In this document: piece by piece, positions 10,265-18,369 of the stretch
Layout: each line of letters opens with the position of its first letter
Numbering within the stretch: the stretch's first letter is position 1
Assembly (NCBI GenBank): GCA_035623585.1
Contig: DASPTE010000074.1
Coordinates: forward strand, 1-53,207
Direction: 5' to 3'
DNA: 53,207 nt
DNA from: Steroidobacteraceae bacterium
GTDB taxonomy: Bacteria > Pseudomonadota > Gammaproteobacteria > Steroidobacterales > Steroidobacteraceae
Position numbers and translations under genes: made by a program
Notes under the pieces: generated by a model
Databases searched by the model: none
What the model saw: the letters and a program-made list of their open reading frames with translations, nothing else
Told to the model about the DNA's origin: nothing

Positions 10265-10966
10265 CTAGCCGCGCGCCGGGACCGCAAGACCTCTCGCGAC
10301 CGCGGGTCGCGCAAGAAACGCATCGAGCGCGCGTGTCACATGGGGGAAATCTCTGATGCCGACGAGCTCGCCGGCCGCGTAGAAGCCGATGAGATTGCGC
10401 ACCCAGGGAAAGATCGCCATGTCGGTGATCGTGTACGTCTCACCCATCATCCAGCTGCGTGTCTCAAGACGCGCGTTCAGCACCTCGAGCAGGCGTCTCG
10501 ACTCCGCGACGTAGCGATCGCGCGGGCGCTTGTCCTCGTAGTCGCGGCCGGCGAACTTATGGAAGAAGCCGATCTGGCCAAACATCGGACCAATCCCGCC
10601 CATCTGGAACATGAGCCACTCGATGGTCTCGTAGCGCCCGGCCGCGTCGGCTGGCAGGAACCTGCCGGTCTTCTCCGCAAGATAGATGAGGATCGCGCCG
10701 GATTCGAAAAGCGGCAGCGGCAACCCGCCCGGGCCGTTCGGATCAAGGATGGCGGGGATCTTGCCGTAGGGATTGAGCGAGCGAAACTCCGCTGAGCGCT
10801 GCTCGTTCCTTTCGAAGCTGACGAGGTGCGGCTCGTAGGGGAGGCCGGTCTCTTCCAGCATGATGGAGACTTTGACGCCGTTTGGTGTCGGCAGTGAGTA
10901 GAGCTGCAGCCGCTCGGGATGCCGCGGCGGCCACTTCCGGGTGATCGGGAACTGCGCGAGATTCAT
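10265..10966 (-). CDS. glutathione S-transferase (Nu-class, YfcG/YghU-like)
   Basis: LQLYSLPTPNGVKVSIMLEE...NPYGKIPAILDP...ESGAILIYLAEK pattern. Start trimmed to MNLAQFP. Confidence 0.8.
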   Translation of the reverse strand: MNLAQFPITRKWPPRHPERLQLYSLPTPNGVKVSIMLEETGLPYEPHLVSFERNEQRSAEFRSLNPYGKIPAILDPNGPGGLPLPLFESGAILIYLAEKTGRFLPADAAGRYETIEWLMFQMGGIGPMFGQIGFFHKFAGRDYEDKRPRDRYVAESRRLLEVLNARLETRSWMMGETYTITDMAIFPWVRNLIGFYAAGELVGIRDFPHVTRALDAFLARPAVARGLAVPARG

Positions 10967-11008
10967 GGGGCTCAGGATAGCAGCGAGCACCGCGGGCTTG
11001 ACAGATAA

Positions 11009-11024
11009 GTAAGTAATCACTTAC
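11009..11024. promoter_or_regulatory. 6-4-6 palindrome GTAAGT-AATC-ACTTAC, candidate ArsR-family operator next to a TTGACA -35 box (10998..11003)
   Basis: Perfect inverted arms read directly, lying between the divergent GST and arsR-family genes, 9 nt upstream of the arsR ATG. Confidence 0.3.
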
Positions 11025-11032
11025 CGTAAGCC

Positions 11033-11356
11033 ATGGCTTACTCTTCTGCCATTCAGTGCCTGAGCGATCCGACGCGCCGCCGGGTGTTCGAGCGGCTGCG
11101 CGCAGGTCCGCAGTCGGTGGGCGCGCTCGCGAAGGGGTTGCCCGTGAGCCGCCCCGCGGTCTCGCAGCACCTCAGGGCGCTGCGCGAGGCGCACCTTGTC
11201 AATCAGCGCGCGGAGGGCACACGTCGCGTGTACTACATCGATCCCGACGGTCTTGGCGAGCTGCGGCGCTGGATCGATGAGTTCTGGGAAGCCGCACTCG
11301 AATCCTTCAAGGCCGAAGTGGAGAAAAGCGCCCCGCGCGCGAGGAAAAAGCCATGA
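11033..11356 (+). CDS. ArsR/SmtB family transcriptional regulator
   Basis: 107 aa winged-helix pattern (LSDPTRRRVFERL...SVGALAKGLPVSRPAVSQHLRALREAHLV). Confidence 0.85.
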   Translation: MAYSSAIQCLSDPTRRRVFERLRAGPQSVGALAKGLPVSRPAVSQHLRALREAHLVNQRAEGTRRVYYIDPDGLGELRRWIDEFWEAALESFKAEVEKSAPRARKKP

Positions 11357-11826
11357 CGACGACCATCCAGATCGCGCCGGTGCGCAAGTCCGTGGTAGTG
11401 GAGGCGACGCCCGAGCGGGCCTTCGAGGTCTTCACCGCCGGCATCAACCGCTGGTGGCCAAAGACTCACGGCATCGGCAAGGCGCCGATCCGCGAGAGCT
11501 TCATCGAGCCCTACGCGGGCGGGCGCTGGTACACCAAATGCGAGGACGGCGCGGACGTGGTGGTCGGGCACGTGCGCCTCTGGCAGCCGCCCGAGCGGCT
11601 GGTCATGAGTTTTGAAGTTACTGCGGATTTCAAACCCGAACCGCACCCGGCATTCGCGAGCGAGGTCGAGGTGCGCTTCGTCGCTTTGTCTGAGGGGCAG
11701 ACGCGCGTCGAAGTCGAGCACCGCGACTTCGAGCGCATGGGTGCAACGGCAGGTGAAAAGATGCAGGGCGCGGTAGAGGGCTGGGCGGCACTGCTCGAGC
11801 TCTTTGCCAAACAGCTCGCAGCGTAG
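11353..11826 (+). CDS. SRPBCC / Aha1-domain protein
   Basis: 4-nt overlap with the arsR-family gene. Sequence resembles Aha1/START-like proteins, which typically pair with ArsR regulators. Confidence 0.75.
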   Translation: MTTTIQIAPVRKSVVVEATPERAFEVFTAGINRWWPKTHGIGKAPIRESFIEPYAGGRWYTKCEDGADVVVGHVRLWQPPERLVMSFEVTADFKPEPHPAFASEVEVRFVALSEGQTRVEVEHRDFERMGATAGEKMQGAVEGWAALLELFAKQLAA

Positions 11827-11849
11827 AAAGCGGAAGGAGCATGAAAGCC

Positions 11850-12512
11850 ATGAAGAACGAGTTCGTGATTCACGCGATTCCCGGAAGTCCCTTCAGCCGC
11901 TCGGTGCTCGTCGCGCTCGAGGAGAAGGGCGCGCGCTATCGCATCGCGGCCGTGACTCCGGGGTCGCTGCGCATGCCCGAACACCTGAGCCTCCATCCCT
12001 TCGGCCGGGTGCCGATCCTCGATCACGGCGAGTTTAGGCTCTATGAGACGCAGGCGATCCTGCGTTACATCGACCGGGTGCTCGCGGAACCCGCGCTCAC
12101 GCCGACCGATGCGCAAGCGGCCGCGCGCATGGATCAGCTGATGAACATCAACGACTGGTATCTCTTCCATGGCGTGAGCAACGTCATCGTGTTTCAACGC
12201 ATCGTGGGTCCGCGGGTCCTCGGTCTCACCCCGGATGAGGCTGCCATCGCCGCGGCGCTGCCCAGGGCGCGGGTGGTGTTCGATGTGCTCGCGGGGCAGC
12301 TCGGCTCGCAGCCCTTCCTCGTCGGCGACCACCTCACGCTCGCCGACATCCTGATCGCACCCGAGCTCGATATGTTCCGCGAGACGCCCGAGTGGGAGTC
12401 ACTCACCCGCTCGCAGGCGAACCTGCGCAACTGGATCGAGCGGATGGCAGCGCGTCCGAGCTTCGCGGCGACGACCTGGGAACGAGTCAGCGCAATGGCC
12501 AAGGCTGCCTGA
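11850..12512 (+). CDS. glutathione S-transferase
   Basis: GST N-terminal and C-terminal domain pattern (IPGSPFSRSVLVALEEKG, HPFGRVPILDHGEFRLYETQAILRYI). AAGGAG lies 10 nt upstream of the ATG at 11850; the alternative ATG is at 11841. Confidence 0.8.
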   Translation: MKNEFVIHAIPGSPFSRSVLVALEEKGARYRIAAVTPGSLRMPEHLSLHPFGRVPILDHGEFRLYETQAILRYIDRVLAEPALTPTDAQAAARMDQLMNINDWYLFHGVSNVIVFQRIVGPRVLGLTPDEAAIAAALPRARVVFDVLAGQLGSQPFLVGDHLTLADILIAPELDMFRETPEWESLTRSQANLRNWIERMAARPSFAATTWERVSAMAKAA

Positions 12513-12557
12513 CGCGACAGCGCACCGCTTCGGGTGCGCGGCGCAAGCCTTCCGCCT

Positions 12558-13448
12558 CTAGGGGTGCAGGAAGAGGCCGGTGAGAAGCATAAGCACGGCG
12601 AAGAAGCCGGTAAGACAAACCGCCGCCTGCCAGCGATAGCTTTGCGCAAGGTGCTCCGGGTCCTTGGCCGCGACCAGGAAGGGGCGGCCATCGCGGGGCT
12701 TCGCAATCTGCTTCAAGAGCGGGCTCTGCACCGTCTGCGTCTGCACGGCGGTGCGTGCGGCCGCGCGTGCCGCTTCCCATTCCTCGGCGCTCAGTTTCCC
12801 ATCGCCGTCCTTGTCGAAGCGCTGGAGAAGTCCCGCCTGATCCGCCTTCCACTCGTGCAGCAGTGCCGTTATAGAGTCCTCTTCGCTCCCATCGGCGATA
12901 CCGCCGACGGTTGCGAATGCACCGAGCACGCACACGCCGTCGTTCTCGTAGATGCGCTTCTCGGTGTACTTGTAGTTGCCGCCCAGCAGCCCGCCCTCGC
13001 TGTAGGGGGCGCTCGGCCAGGATTCGGACCCATACCAGACCTGCCGCTCGCTCGGGGTGACCTCGGCGCCGCGCGGATCGACCTGGCAGGCACCGGTTTC
13101 ATCGCGCAGCACGAAGGGCTCCTCGCTCGTCTCGCTCGCGACCGTCTGCCAGCCGCGTTTGTCGCCGCTGTTGTGCGAGATGCTGTACGACCACCAGACA
13201 CACGTACGCCCGGTGAGCGGTGCCTGGCGGTGGTTCTCCTCGGGCGGGAACTCGGCGCGGCCATAGAGCTCGACATAGCCGTGTGGTGCCGAGCGCACGC
13301 GCGCCCGAGCGGTGTCGGCGACGCTCCTCGCGCGCCCCCAGGCGCGGAACCCGAAATAGAAGCACAGGAGCGCTGCGACTGCGAGGACGACGAGCAGCCA
13401 GCCGGAATGACCGGCAACCATCCAAACAGCCTGTCCGTGGTGGCTCAT
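12558..13448 (-). CDS. membrane protein, GIDE-like, with an internal canonical EF-hand calcium-binding loop
   Basis: N-terminal and C-terminal TM helices and a DKDGDGKLSAEE 12-residue EF-hand loop. Lies 38 nt downstream of lemA on the same strand. The GIDE family assignment is from memory of LemA-neighbour architectures. Confidence 0.6.
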   Translation of the reverse strand: MSHHGQAVWMVAGHSGWLLVVLAVAALLCFYFGFRAWGRARSVADTARARVRSAPHGYVELYGRAEFPPEENHRQAPLTGRTCVWWSYSISHNSGDKRGWQTVASETSEEPFVLRDETGACQVDPRGAEVTPSERQVWYGSESWPSAPYSEGGLLGGNYKYTEKRIYENDGVCVLGAFATVGGIADGSEEDSITALLHEWKADQAGLLQRFDKDGDGKLSAEEWEAARAAARTAVQTQTVQSPLLKQIAKPRDGRPFLVAAKDPEHLAQSYRWQAAVCLTGFFAVLMLLTGLFLHP

Positions 13449-13486
13449 GCTCGCGCCTCAGGGAGGCGACAGGGCGGCGCGCGCTT

Positions 13487-14062
13487 TCAGGTGTTGTGGA
13501 AGAGCGCGCCGACGTCCACGTCGCGCGTCTCCTGCTCATCGAACTTGAGCAGCGTCGCGGATTTGAAGCCGAAGTTCTGCGCGATCAGGACCGCCGGAAA
13601 CTGCGCGATGCGTATGTTGTTGAGGTTCGCCTGCTCGTTGTAGAACTCGCGCCGGTCGGCGATCGCCGCCTCGAGCGCGCTGATGCGGCCCTGCAGCTGC
13701 TTGAAGGTCTCATCGGTCTTGAGCTGCGGGTAGTTCTCCGCGACCGCGAAGAGCCTGCCGACAGTGTTGCGCAGCTCGTTCTCCGCCGCGCCTAGCGCCT
13801 GCACATCACCGCGCGCCTGTGCGGTGCTGACCGCGGCGCGTGCACGCATGACCTTCTCGAGCGTTTCCTGCTCGTACTGCATGTAGCGCTTGCAGGTCTC
13901 GACGAGCTTTGGCAGCTCGTCGTGCCGCTGCTTGAGGAGCACGTCGATGTTGGCCCAGGCCTGCTTGACGCTCTCGCGCAACGTCACGAGGCCGTTGTAG
14001 ACGCCGATCACGTACACGATTGCGACGAGCGCAATGGCGAGCAGGAGCACCAGGGTCATCAT
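13487..14062 (-). CDS. lemA: LemA family protein
   Basis: N-terminal TM followed by the typical LemA sequence (YNGLV..RE.V..AWANIDV.LKQRHDELP.LV, AVAENYPQLK). Confidence 0.9.
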   Translation of the reverse strand: MMTLVLLLAIALVAIVYVIGVYNGLVTLRESVKQAWANIDVLLKQRHDELPKLVETCKRYMQYEQETLEKVMRARAAVSTAQARGDVQALGAAENELRNTVGRLFAVAENYPQLKTDETFKQLQGRISALEAAIADRREFYNEQANLNNIRIAQFPAVLIAQNFGFKSATLLKFDEQETRDVDVGALFHNT

Positions 14063-14289
14063 GGAGGCCTCTCCCCCTTTGGGATAGCGGCGGCAACTCT
14101 ACCAGCGCGGCCCCGCTGTCAATGAGACTTTCGTCACGGGCACCTGCCCGGGCTCATCCAAGAGGCGGTTTTTTCGGGTGTCAGCGCACGTTGCAGTCAG
14201 ATGTCACGTCAATTTAAAGTGGCGCCCCGCCCCGCGGCCGCCAGACACAAAAAGAGTTGAACGTCTTGACCCGAAAGGAACGACCGCAG

Positions 14290-15780
14290 ATGTCTCGCCC
14301 CACTTTTACGCTGCGAGCCGCACAAATGCGTGGCACGCTCAGCACGCTCGCAGCGCTTGCGGCATTCTCCCTCCCTGCGCACACCGCCGCCGCTCCGCAG
14401 AGCCGGCCATCGCCCGCCGCCGAGGGCAGCGCGCGACCGAACATTCTCTATATCGTCTCGGATGATCAGGGATGGAAAGACGTCGGCTACCGCGGGTCTG
14501 ATATTCGCACGCCGAATCTCGATGCGCTCGCGAAAGGTGGGGTGCGGCTCGAGCAGTTCTATGCGCAGCCGATGTGCACCCCGACGCGCGCGGCGCTCAT
14601 GACCGGGCGCTACCCGTTCCGCTACGGATTGCAGACGCTCGTGATTCCCTCGGCCGCCACCTACGGACTCGCAACCGACGAGTGGCTCCTGCCTCAGGCG
14701 CTCAAGGAGGCCGGCTACAGGACAGCGATCATCGGCAAATGGCACCTCGGTCACGCCGATCGCAAGTACTGGCCGCGGCAAAGAGGATTTGATTACCAGT
14801 ACGGACCGCTCATCGGTGAGATCGACTACTTCACGCACGAGCAGCACGGAGTGCTCGACTGGTACCGTGACAACAAACCGGTGCGCGAAGAGGGCTACTC
14901 GACGACACTGCTTGGCAACGATGCCGTGAAGCTGATCGATGAGCACGACCCGAGGGTGCCGCTCTACCTCTACCTCGCGTTCAACGCACCGCACGCCCCC
15001 TTCCAGGCCCCACAGAACTATCTCGATCGGTACAAGAACATCGAAGATCCGACCCGCCGCGCCTATGCCGCCATGATCACCGCCATGGACGAGCAGATCG
15101 GGCGCGTCGTCGCGGCGCTCGAGAAAAAGTCGATGCGCGCCAACACTCTGATCGTGTTCCAGAGCGATAACGGCGGCACACGAAACGCGATGTTCACGGG
15201 CGAGCAGGACATGTCCAAGATGAAGATCCCCTGCGACAACGGCCCGCTGCGCGATGGCAAGGGCTCGCTCTATGAGGGGGGTACGCGCGTCGTCGCCCTC
15301 GCCAACTGGCCCGGTCACATCAAAGCAGGCAGCGTCTCGAACGAGATCATCCATGTCGTCGATCTCTACCCGACCCTGATTGGTCTCAGCGGCGCCAAGC
15401 TCGGCAAGAATAAGCCGCTCGATGGCTTCGATGTCTGGGGAACGATCAGCGAAGGCAAGGCCTCCCCGCGCACCGAGGTCATCTACAACATCGAGCCCTT
15501 CAGGGCGGGAGTTCGCGAGGGCGACTGGAAGCTGATCTGGCGCACGCCACTACCGCAGGGGGTCGAGCTTTACAACATCAGGCTCGACCCCTACGAGAAG
15601 CAGGATGTGGCCGCTGCCAATGCGGATCGCGTCGCGCAACTCAAGAAGCGCGCCCAGGAGCTCGCGGCGGTGAGCGTCAAGCCGCTCCTGCTTGAGACGG
15701 AATTCAAGGCGATGCGCGAGCGGCTCCACCTGCCACCTGCGCTCCCGAGTGAGGATCTCATGTTCAATGAGGAGGACTGA
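14290..15780 (+). CDS. arylsulfatase (Cys-type, formylglycine-dependent)
   Basis: NILYIVSDDQGW and the C-T-P-T-R formylglycine motif (MCTPTRAALMTGRY), plus a signal peptide. Start is ambiguous (TTG 14257, ATG 14290, ATG 14326). Confidence 0.85.
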   Translation: MSRPTFTLRAAQMRGTLSTLAALAAFSLPAHTAAAPQSRPSPAAEGSARPNILYIVSDDQGWKDVGYRGSDIRTPNLDALAKGGVRLEQFYAQPMCTPTRAALMTGRYPFRYGLQTLVIPSAATYGLATDEWLLPQALKEAGYRTAIIGKWHLGHADRKYWPRQRGFDYQYGPLIGEIDYFTHEQHGVLDWYRDNKPVREEGYSTTLLGNDAVKLIDEHDPRVPLYLYLAFNAPHAPFQAPQNYLDRYKNIEDPTRRAYAAMITAMDEQIGRVVAALEKKSMRANTLIVFQSDNGGTRNAMFTGEQDMSKMKIPCDNGPLRDGKGSLYEGGTRVVALANWPGHIKAGSVSNEIIHVVDLYPTLIGLSGAKLGKNKPLDGFDVWGTISEGKASPRTEVIYNIEPFRAGVREGDWKLIWRTPLPQGVELYNIRLDPYEKQDVAAANADRVAQLKKRAQELAAVSVKPLLLETEFKAMRERLHLPPALPSEDLMFNEED

Positions 15781-15805
15781 GCGAGCGCTTGAGGCGGCCA
15801 CCAGA

Positions 15806-16402
15806 ATGATTTCTTCGCAAATGCTTTTGCGTTACGGGTTCTGGATCTCGAGCATCCTCTGGCTGGGTGGCTGCGGCTCTGCGCCCCCATTGGGCGGCGC
15901 TCTGCCGGCCGGCACCGTGACGCTCGCTGGCGCGCCCCCTTACGCTTTCGACTGCGACGCCCCACCGGGCAAGTACCGCAACGCGACGGTTGCGCTTTCC
16001 GCCAAGGAAGTGAGAGTGAAAGGGTTTGTGCAATTCCTGAGCTGGCAGGGCGACTCGACGTTTGGTCCATGGGCGACGATCGTTTTCGCAGGTCCCGCTC
16101 AGCATAGCGGCGTCGGACTGCAGGCCTTTGTGCTGCCGAACGCACCCGACTCGATTCAGTTTGCGGTCGAATCGGGATTGGCGCAGGAGGGGTACGCGCG
16201 TGCGGTGTTTGCCACGACGCCACTGAGCGCTACGCTGACACCGTTTGAACTCTCGGTTGCCGGACCTGGCAACGTGAATGTCGGCATCGGCTCGGTTACG
16301 AAGACAGTGTCGGTCGCCCCCCTCGAATTGACGCGCGTCAATCTGTCCTGCTCGACCGCGCACGTGCGCTTTTCCGGCGTGACCGTGACCGCGCTGCCGT
16401 AG
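15806..16402 (+). CDS. hypothetical lipoprotein
   Basis: Lipobox LWLGGC after a hydrophobic leader and high GC3. The 3' end overlaps the convergent decarboxylase gene by 65 nt. Confidence 0.5.
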   Translation: MISSQMLLRYGFWISSILWLGGCGSAPPLGGALPAGTVTLAGAPPYAFDCDAPPGKYRNATVALSAKEVRVKGFVQFLSWQGDSTFGPWATIVFAGPAQHSGVGLQAFVLPNAPDSIQFAVESGLAQEGYARAVFATTPLSATLTPFELSVAGPGNVNVGIGSVTKTVSVAPLELTRVNLSCSTAHVRFSGVTVTALP

Positions 16403-17816
16403 GAGCCCGCCGCGCACCCGCGATGCGCTCGATTCTGCTGAGAACGTCCTCGACGTCTTGGATCCGCGTGCGCGGATTCATCACCGTAAGGCGCAGCACC
16501 CTGCGACCTTCGAGCACCGTCGAGCTGATGTACCCGTAGCCGCTCTCGTTGAGCTCTTCCTTGATATTCCAATGGATCCGGTCCGAATCCCTGCCACGTG
16601 CCCGACGCAGCCGAAAGCACAGTATGTTGGAGTGCGGTTCATGCAGGGGTAGCAGAATCCGCGAGCGCGCACAGTAGCGAAACGCCGCCTCGCAGACGCG
16701 GCAGGTGTGGCTCACCAGCGCATCCCACACTCGAGCTCCGTACACCTGCCACACGAGCCAGATCTTCAAGGCATCAAATCGCTGCGAACAGGCGATCGTG
16801 AGTTGACCGATGTCGGGCCAGCGCCTGCGCGCGCCGAACAAATAAGGCGCCCGCTCCGCTAACGGCGTAGCCAACCGCGAGCCATTCCGCACCAGCACCC
16901 CACCGGCGGTGAGCGGCATGAACATCATCTTGTGCGGATCGAATACCAGCGAGTCCGTCGAACCGATGCCCCGAACCCGCCTTTGCAATCGGCGGCTGAA
17001 GGCGAGTGCGGCACCGTGAGCGGCATCGACGTGCAGCCAGGCGCCCTCGCGCGTGGCCAGCCGCCGCAGCTCTTCAAGCCGGTCAAAACTGCCGGTCGAG
17101 GTGGAGCCCGCCGAGCCGACCAAGATGAACTTGCGAAATCCCGCTTTGCGCGCCGCCGCGAACGCTTCGGGGATCCGAGCGACGTCGGTGCAGAACTCGC
17201 GATCCACCGGGACGCGAAATACCGCATCCGGCGACAACCCGAGAATCGCAGCCGCGCGCGCGATCGAGTAGTGCGTCTGGGCGCCGACAATGACCGCGAT
17301 CCGCGCAGTTGCCGTGCGTGCGCGGTCCCGATCCAGAGCCTCGCGCGCCGCAAGCAGCGCCGTTAGGTTTCCGAACGCTCCGCCGGGAACCAAGGTGCCT
17401 TCGGCTGAGCGCGGGTAACCGAAGAGGCTCCTGAACCGAACCATCAGTTGCCGGTCGATCGCGGTCGCGATCGGCGACATTTCCCACACGGCCAGACTCT
17501 GATTCAACGCTGCAACCACCGACTCGATCAGCGCCGCCATCGGAATGGGGGCCGCCACCTGCTGCGCGATGTAACGCGGATGCGCAAGGCGCAGGCTCGA
17601 TCGCTGTATCTGCCGCACCAGGGCCAGCGGACTTCGCCCCCGCGCGCCCAGGATCCGCCCGGCGATTGCGCTTGAGCCGCGCCGCCGCACGGCCCCTTCC
17701 TGCACGAGCAGTGCGTCGGTGGCGATTTGCGCGAACTGCCGTGCGAGTCTCCCGACGGTAGTTCGATCCCAGAGTTCGCGGATGACCGCTGCTTCGGACG
17801 AGGGTGTGCGCTTCAT
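16338..17816 (-). CDS. pyridoxal-phosphate-dependent decarboxylase (group II, aspartate aminotransferase fold)
   Basis: DPHKM PLP-lysine motif, HVDAAHG, GGAFGNLTAL. Start trimmed to MKRTPSS because the upstream part of the track ORF runs through the tRNA gene. Confidence 0.8.
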   Translation of the reverse strand: MKRTPSSEAAVIRELWDRTTVGRLARQFAQIATDALLVQEGAVRRRGSSAIAGRILGARGRSPLALVRQIQRSSLRLAHPRYIAQQVAAPIPMAALIESVVAALNQSLAVWEMSPIATAIDRQLMVRFRSLFGYPRSAEGTLVPGGAFGNLTALLAAREALDRDRARTATARIAVIVGAQTHYSIARAAAILGLSPDAVFRVPVDREFCTDVARIPEAFAAARKAGFRKFILVGSAGSTSTGSFDRLEELRRLATREGAWLHVDAAHGAALAFSRRLQRRVRGIGSTDSLVFDPHKMMFMPLTAGGVLVRNGSRLATPLAERAPYLFGARRRWPDIGQLTIACSQRFDALKIWLVWQVYGARVWDALVSHTCRVCEAAFRYCARSRILLPLHEPHSNILCFRLRRARGRDSDRIHWNIKEELNESGYGYISSTVLEGRRVLRLTVMNPRTRIQDVEDVLSRIERIAGARRAPTAARSRSRRKSARARSSRTD

Positions 17817-17895
17817 GTTGTTGTGCGTGCGTCTGAGAGGTGGTGCAAGCAAAAGTGCTACGGGCCACGCGCCCGAGCGACCCCGTCGGTTGGTA

Positions 17896-18210
17896 TGGGC
17901 CCGGTAGGATTCGAACCTACGACCAAGGGATTCACTTAACCCCGGTGTTTCCACCGGGAGTGGACTATCTCTTCACCCGTGCACACGCCGGTGCATGTGG
18001 GTGCGGGATACTCGAAGCCTGTCATCAAGGGCGCTCAAGCCCTCAGGTAGTCTCTGCACCTTCCGCCGGTGTACCGGCGGCTCGGCTCAGGGTTGCCATG
18101 GGATCGCCCGCCCGAAGGTTTCCCTGAATTCATCCCGTCCACTTCGCGCGTTTCCGCGCGAAGGCACCTTGTCGATGAGTCCCCTGCACTAACCGCTGTG
18201 CTACAGGCCC
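17896..18210 (-). tRNA. tRNA with CAU anticodon (most like tRNA-Ile2, lysidine type), interrupted in the anticodon loop by a group I intron
   Basis: Exon 1 (18210->18175) is GGGCCTGTAGCACAGCGGTTAGTGCAGGGGACTCAT. Exon 2 (17932->17896) is AATCCCTTGGTCGTAGGTTCGAATCCTACCGGGCCCA. Joined, they give a 73-nt cloverleaf in which all four stems pair, with loop CU-CAU-AA. It closely resembles E. coli ileX as I remember it. Confidence 0.85.
17933..18174 (-). ncRNA. group I self-splicing intron (IC3-like, Azoarcus tRNA-Ile type), 242 nt, no ORF
   Basis: Starts CGACAAG-GUG (the GUG guide can pair with exon CAU, giving U-G at the splice site) and ends in G (omega-G). Has three GAAA-capped hairpins. Conserved blocks GUGCCUU, GAAACCU, AUGGCAAC.C.GAGCC and GAAGGUG.AGAGACUA match my recollection of the Azoarcus intron. 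Confidence 0.8.
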
Positions 18211-18369
18211 ATACGCACGCGATTCTAGCAGCCGCTCGAGTGCTGCGGTCGCGCGTTCCGCGGACGATGGTCCCTCTTGCCATCGGCACCAGTGCCGCTA
18301 GCATGGCCCTCCCGACACGCGAGAGCCGGCGTCGGTCATGCACAAAACACCCCGGAGAAGGAGAATCGG

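Noticed and set aside
17817-17954. N-terminal 46 codons of the 538-aa track ORF (16338..17954)
   Set aside because: This part reads through the tRNA 3' exon; LGRRFESYRAH is the translated T arm. The decarboxylase more plausibly starts at ATG 17816.
17890-18225. Possible tmRNA (ssrA), because a tRNA-like 3' end and 5' end are separated by about 250 nt
   Set aside because: The 5' part contains a full D arm and an anticodon stem-loop with CAU, which tmRNA lacks. There is no tag-peptide reading frame or resume codon context. The insert has a group I intron core, not tmRNA pseudoknots.
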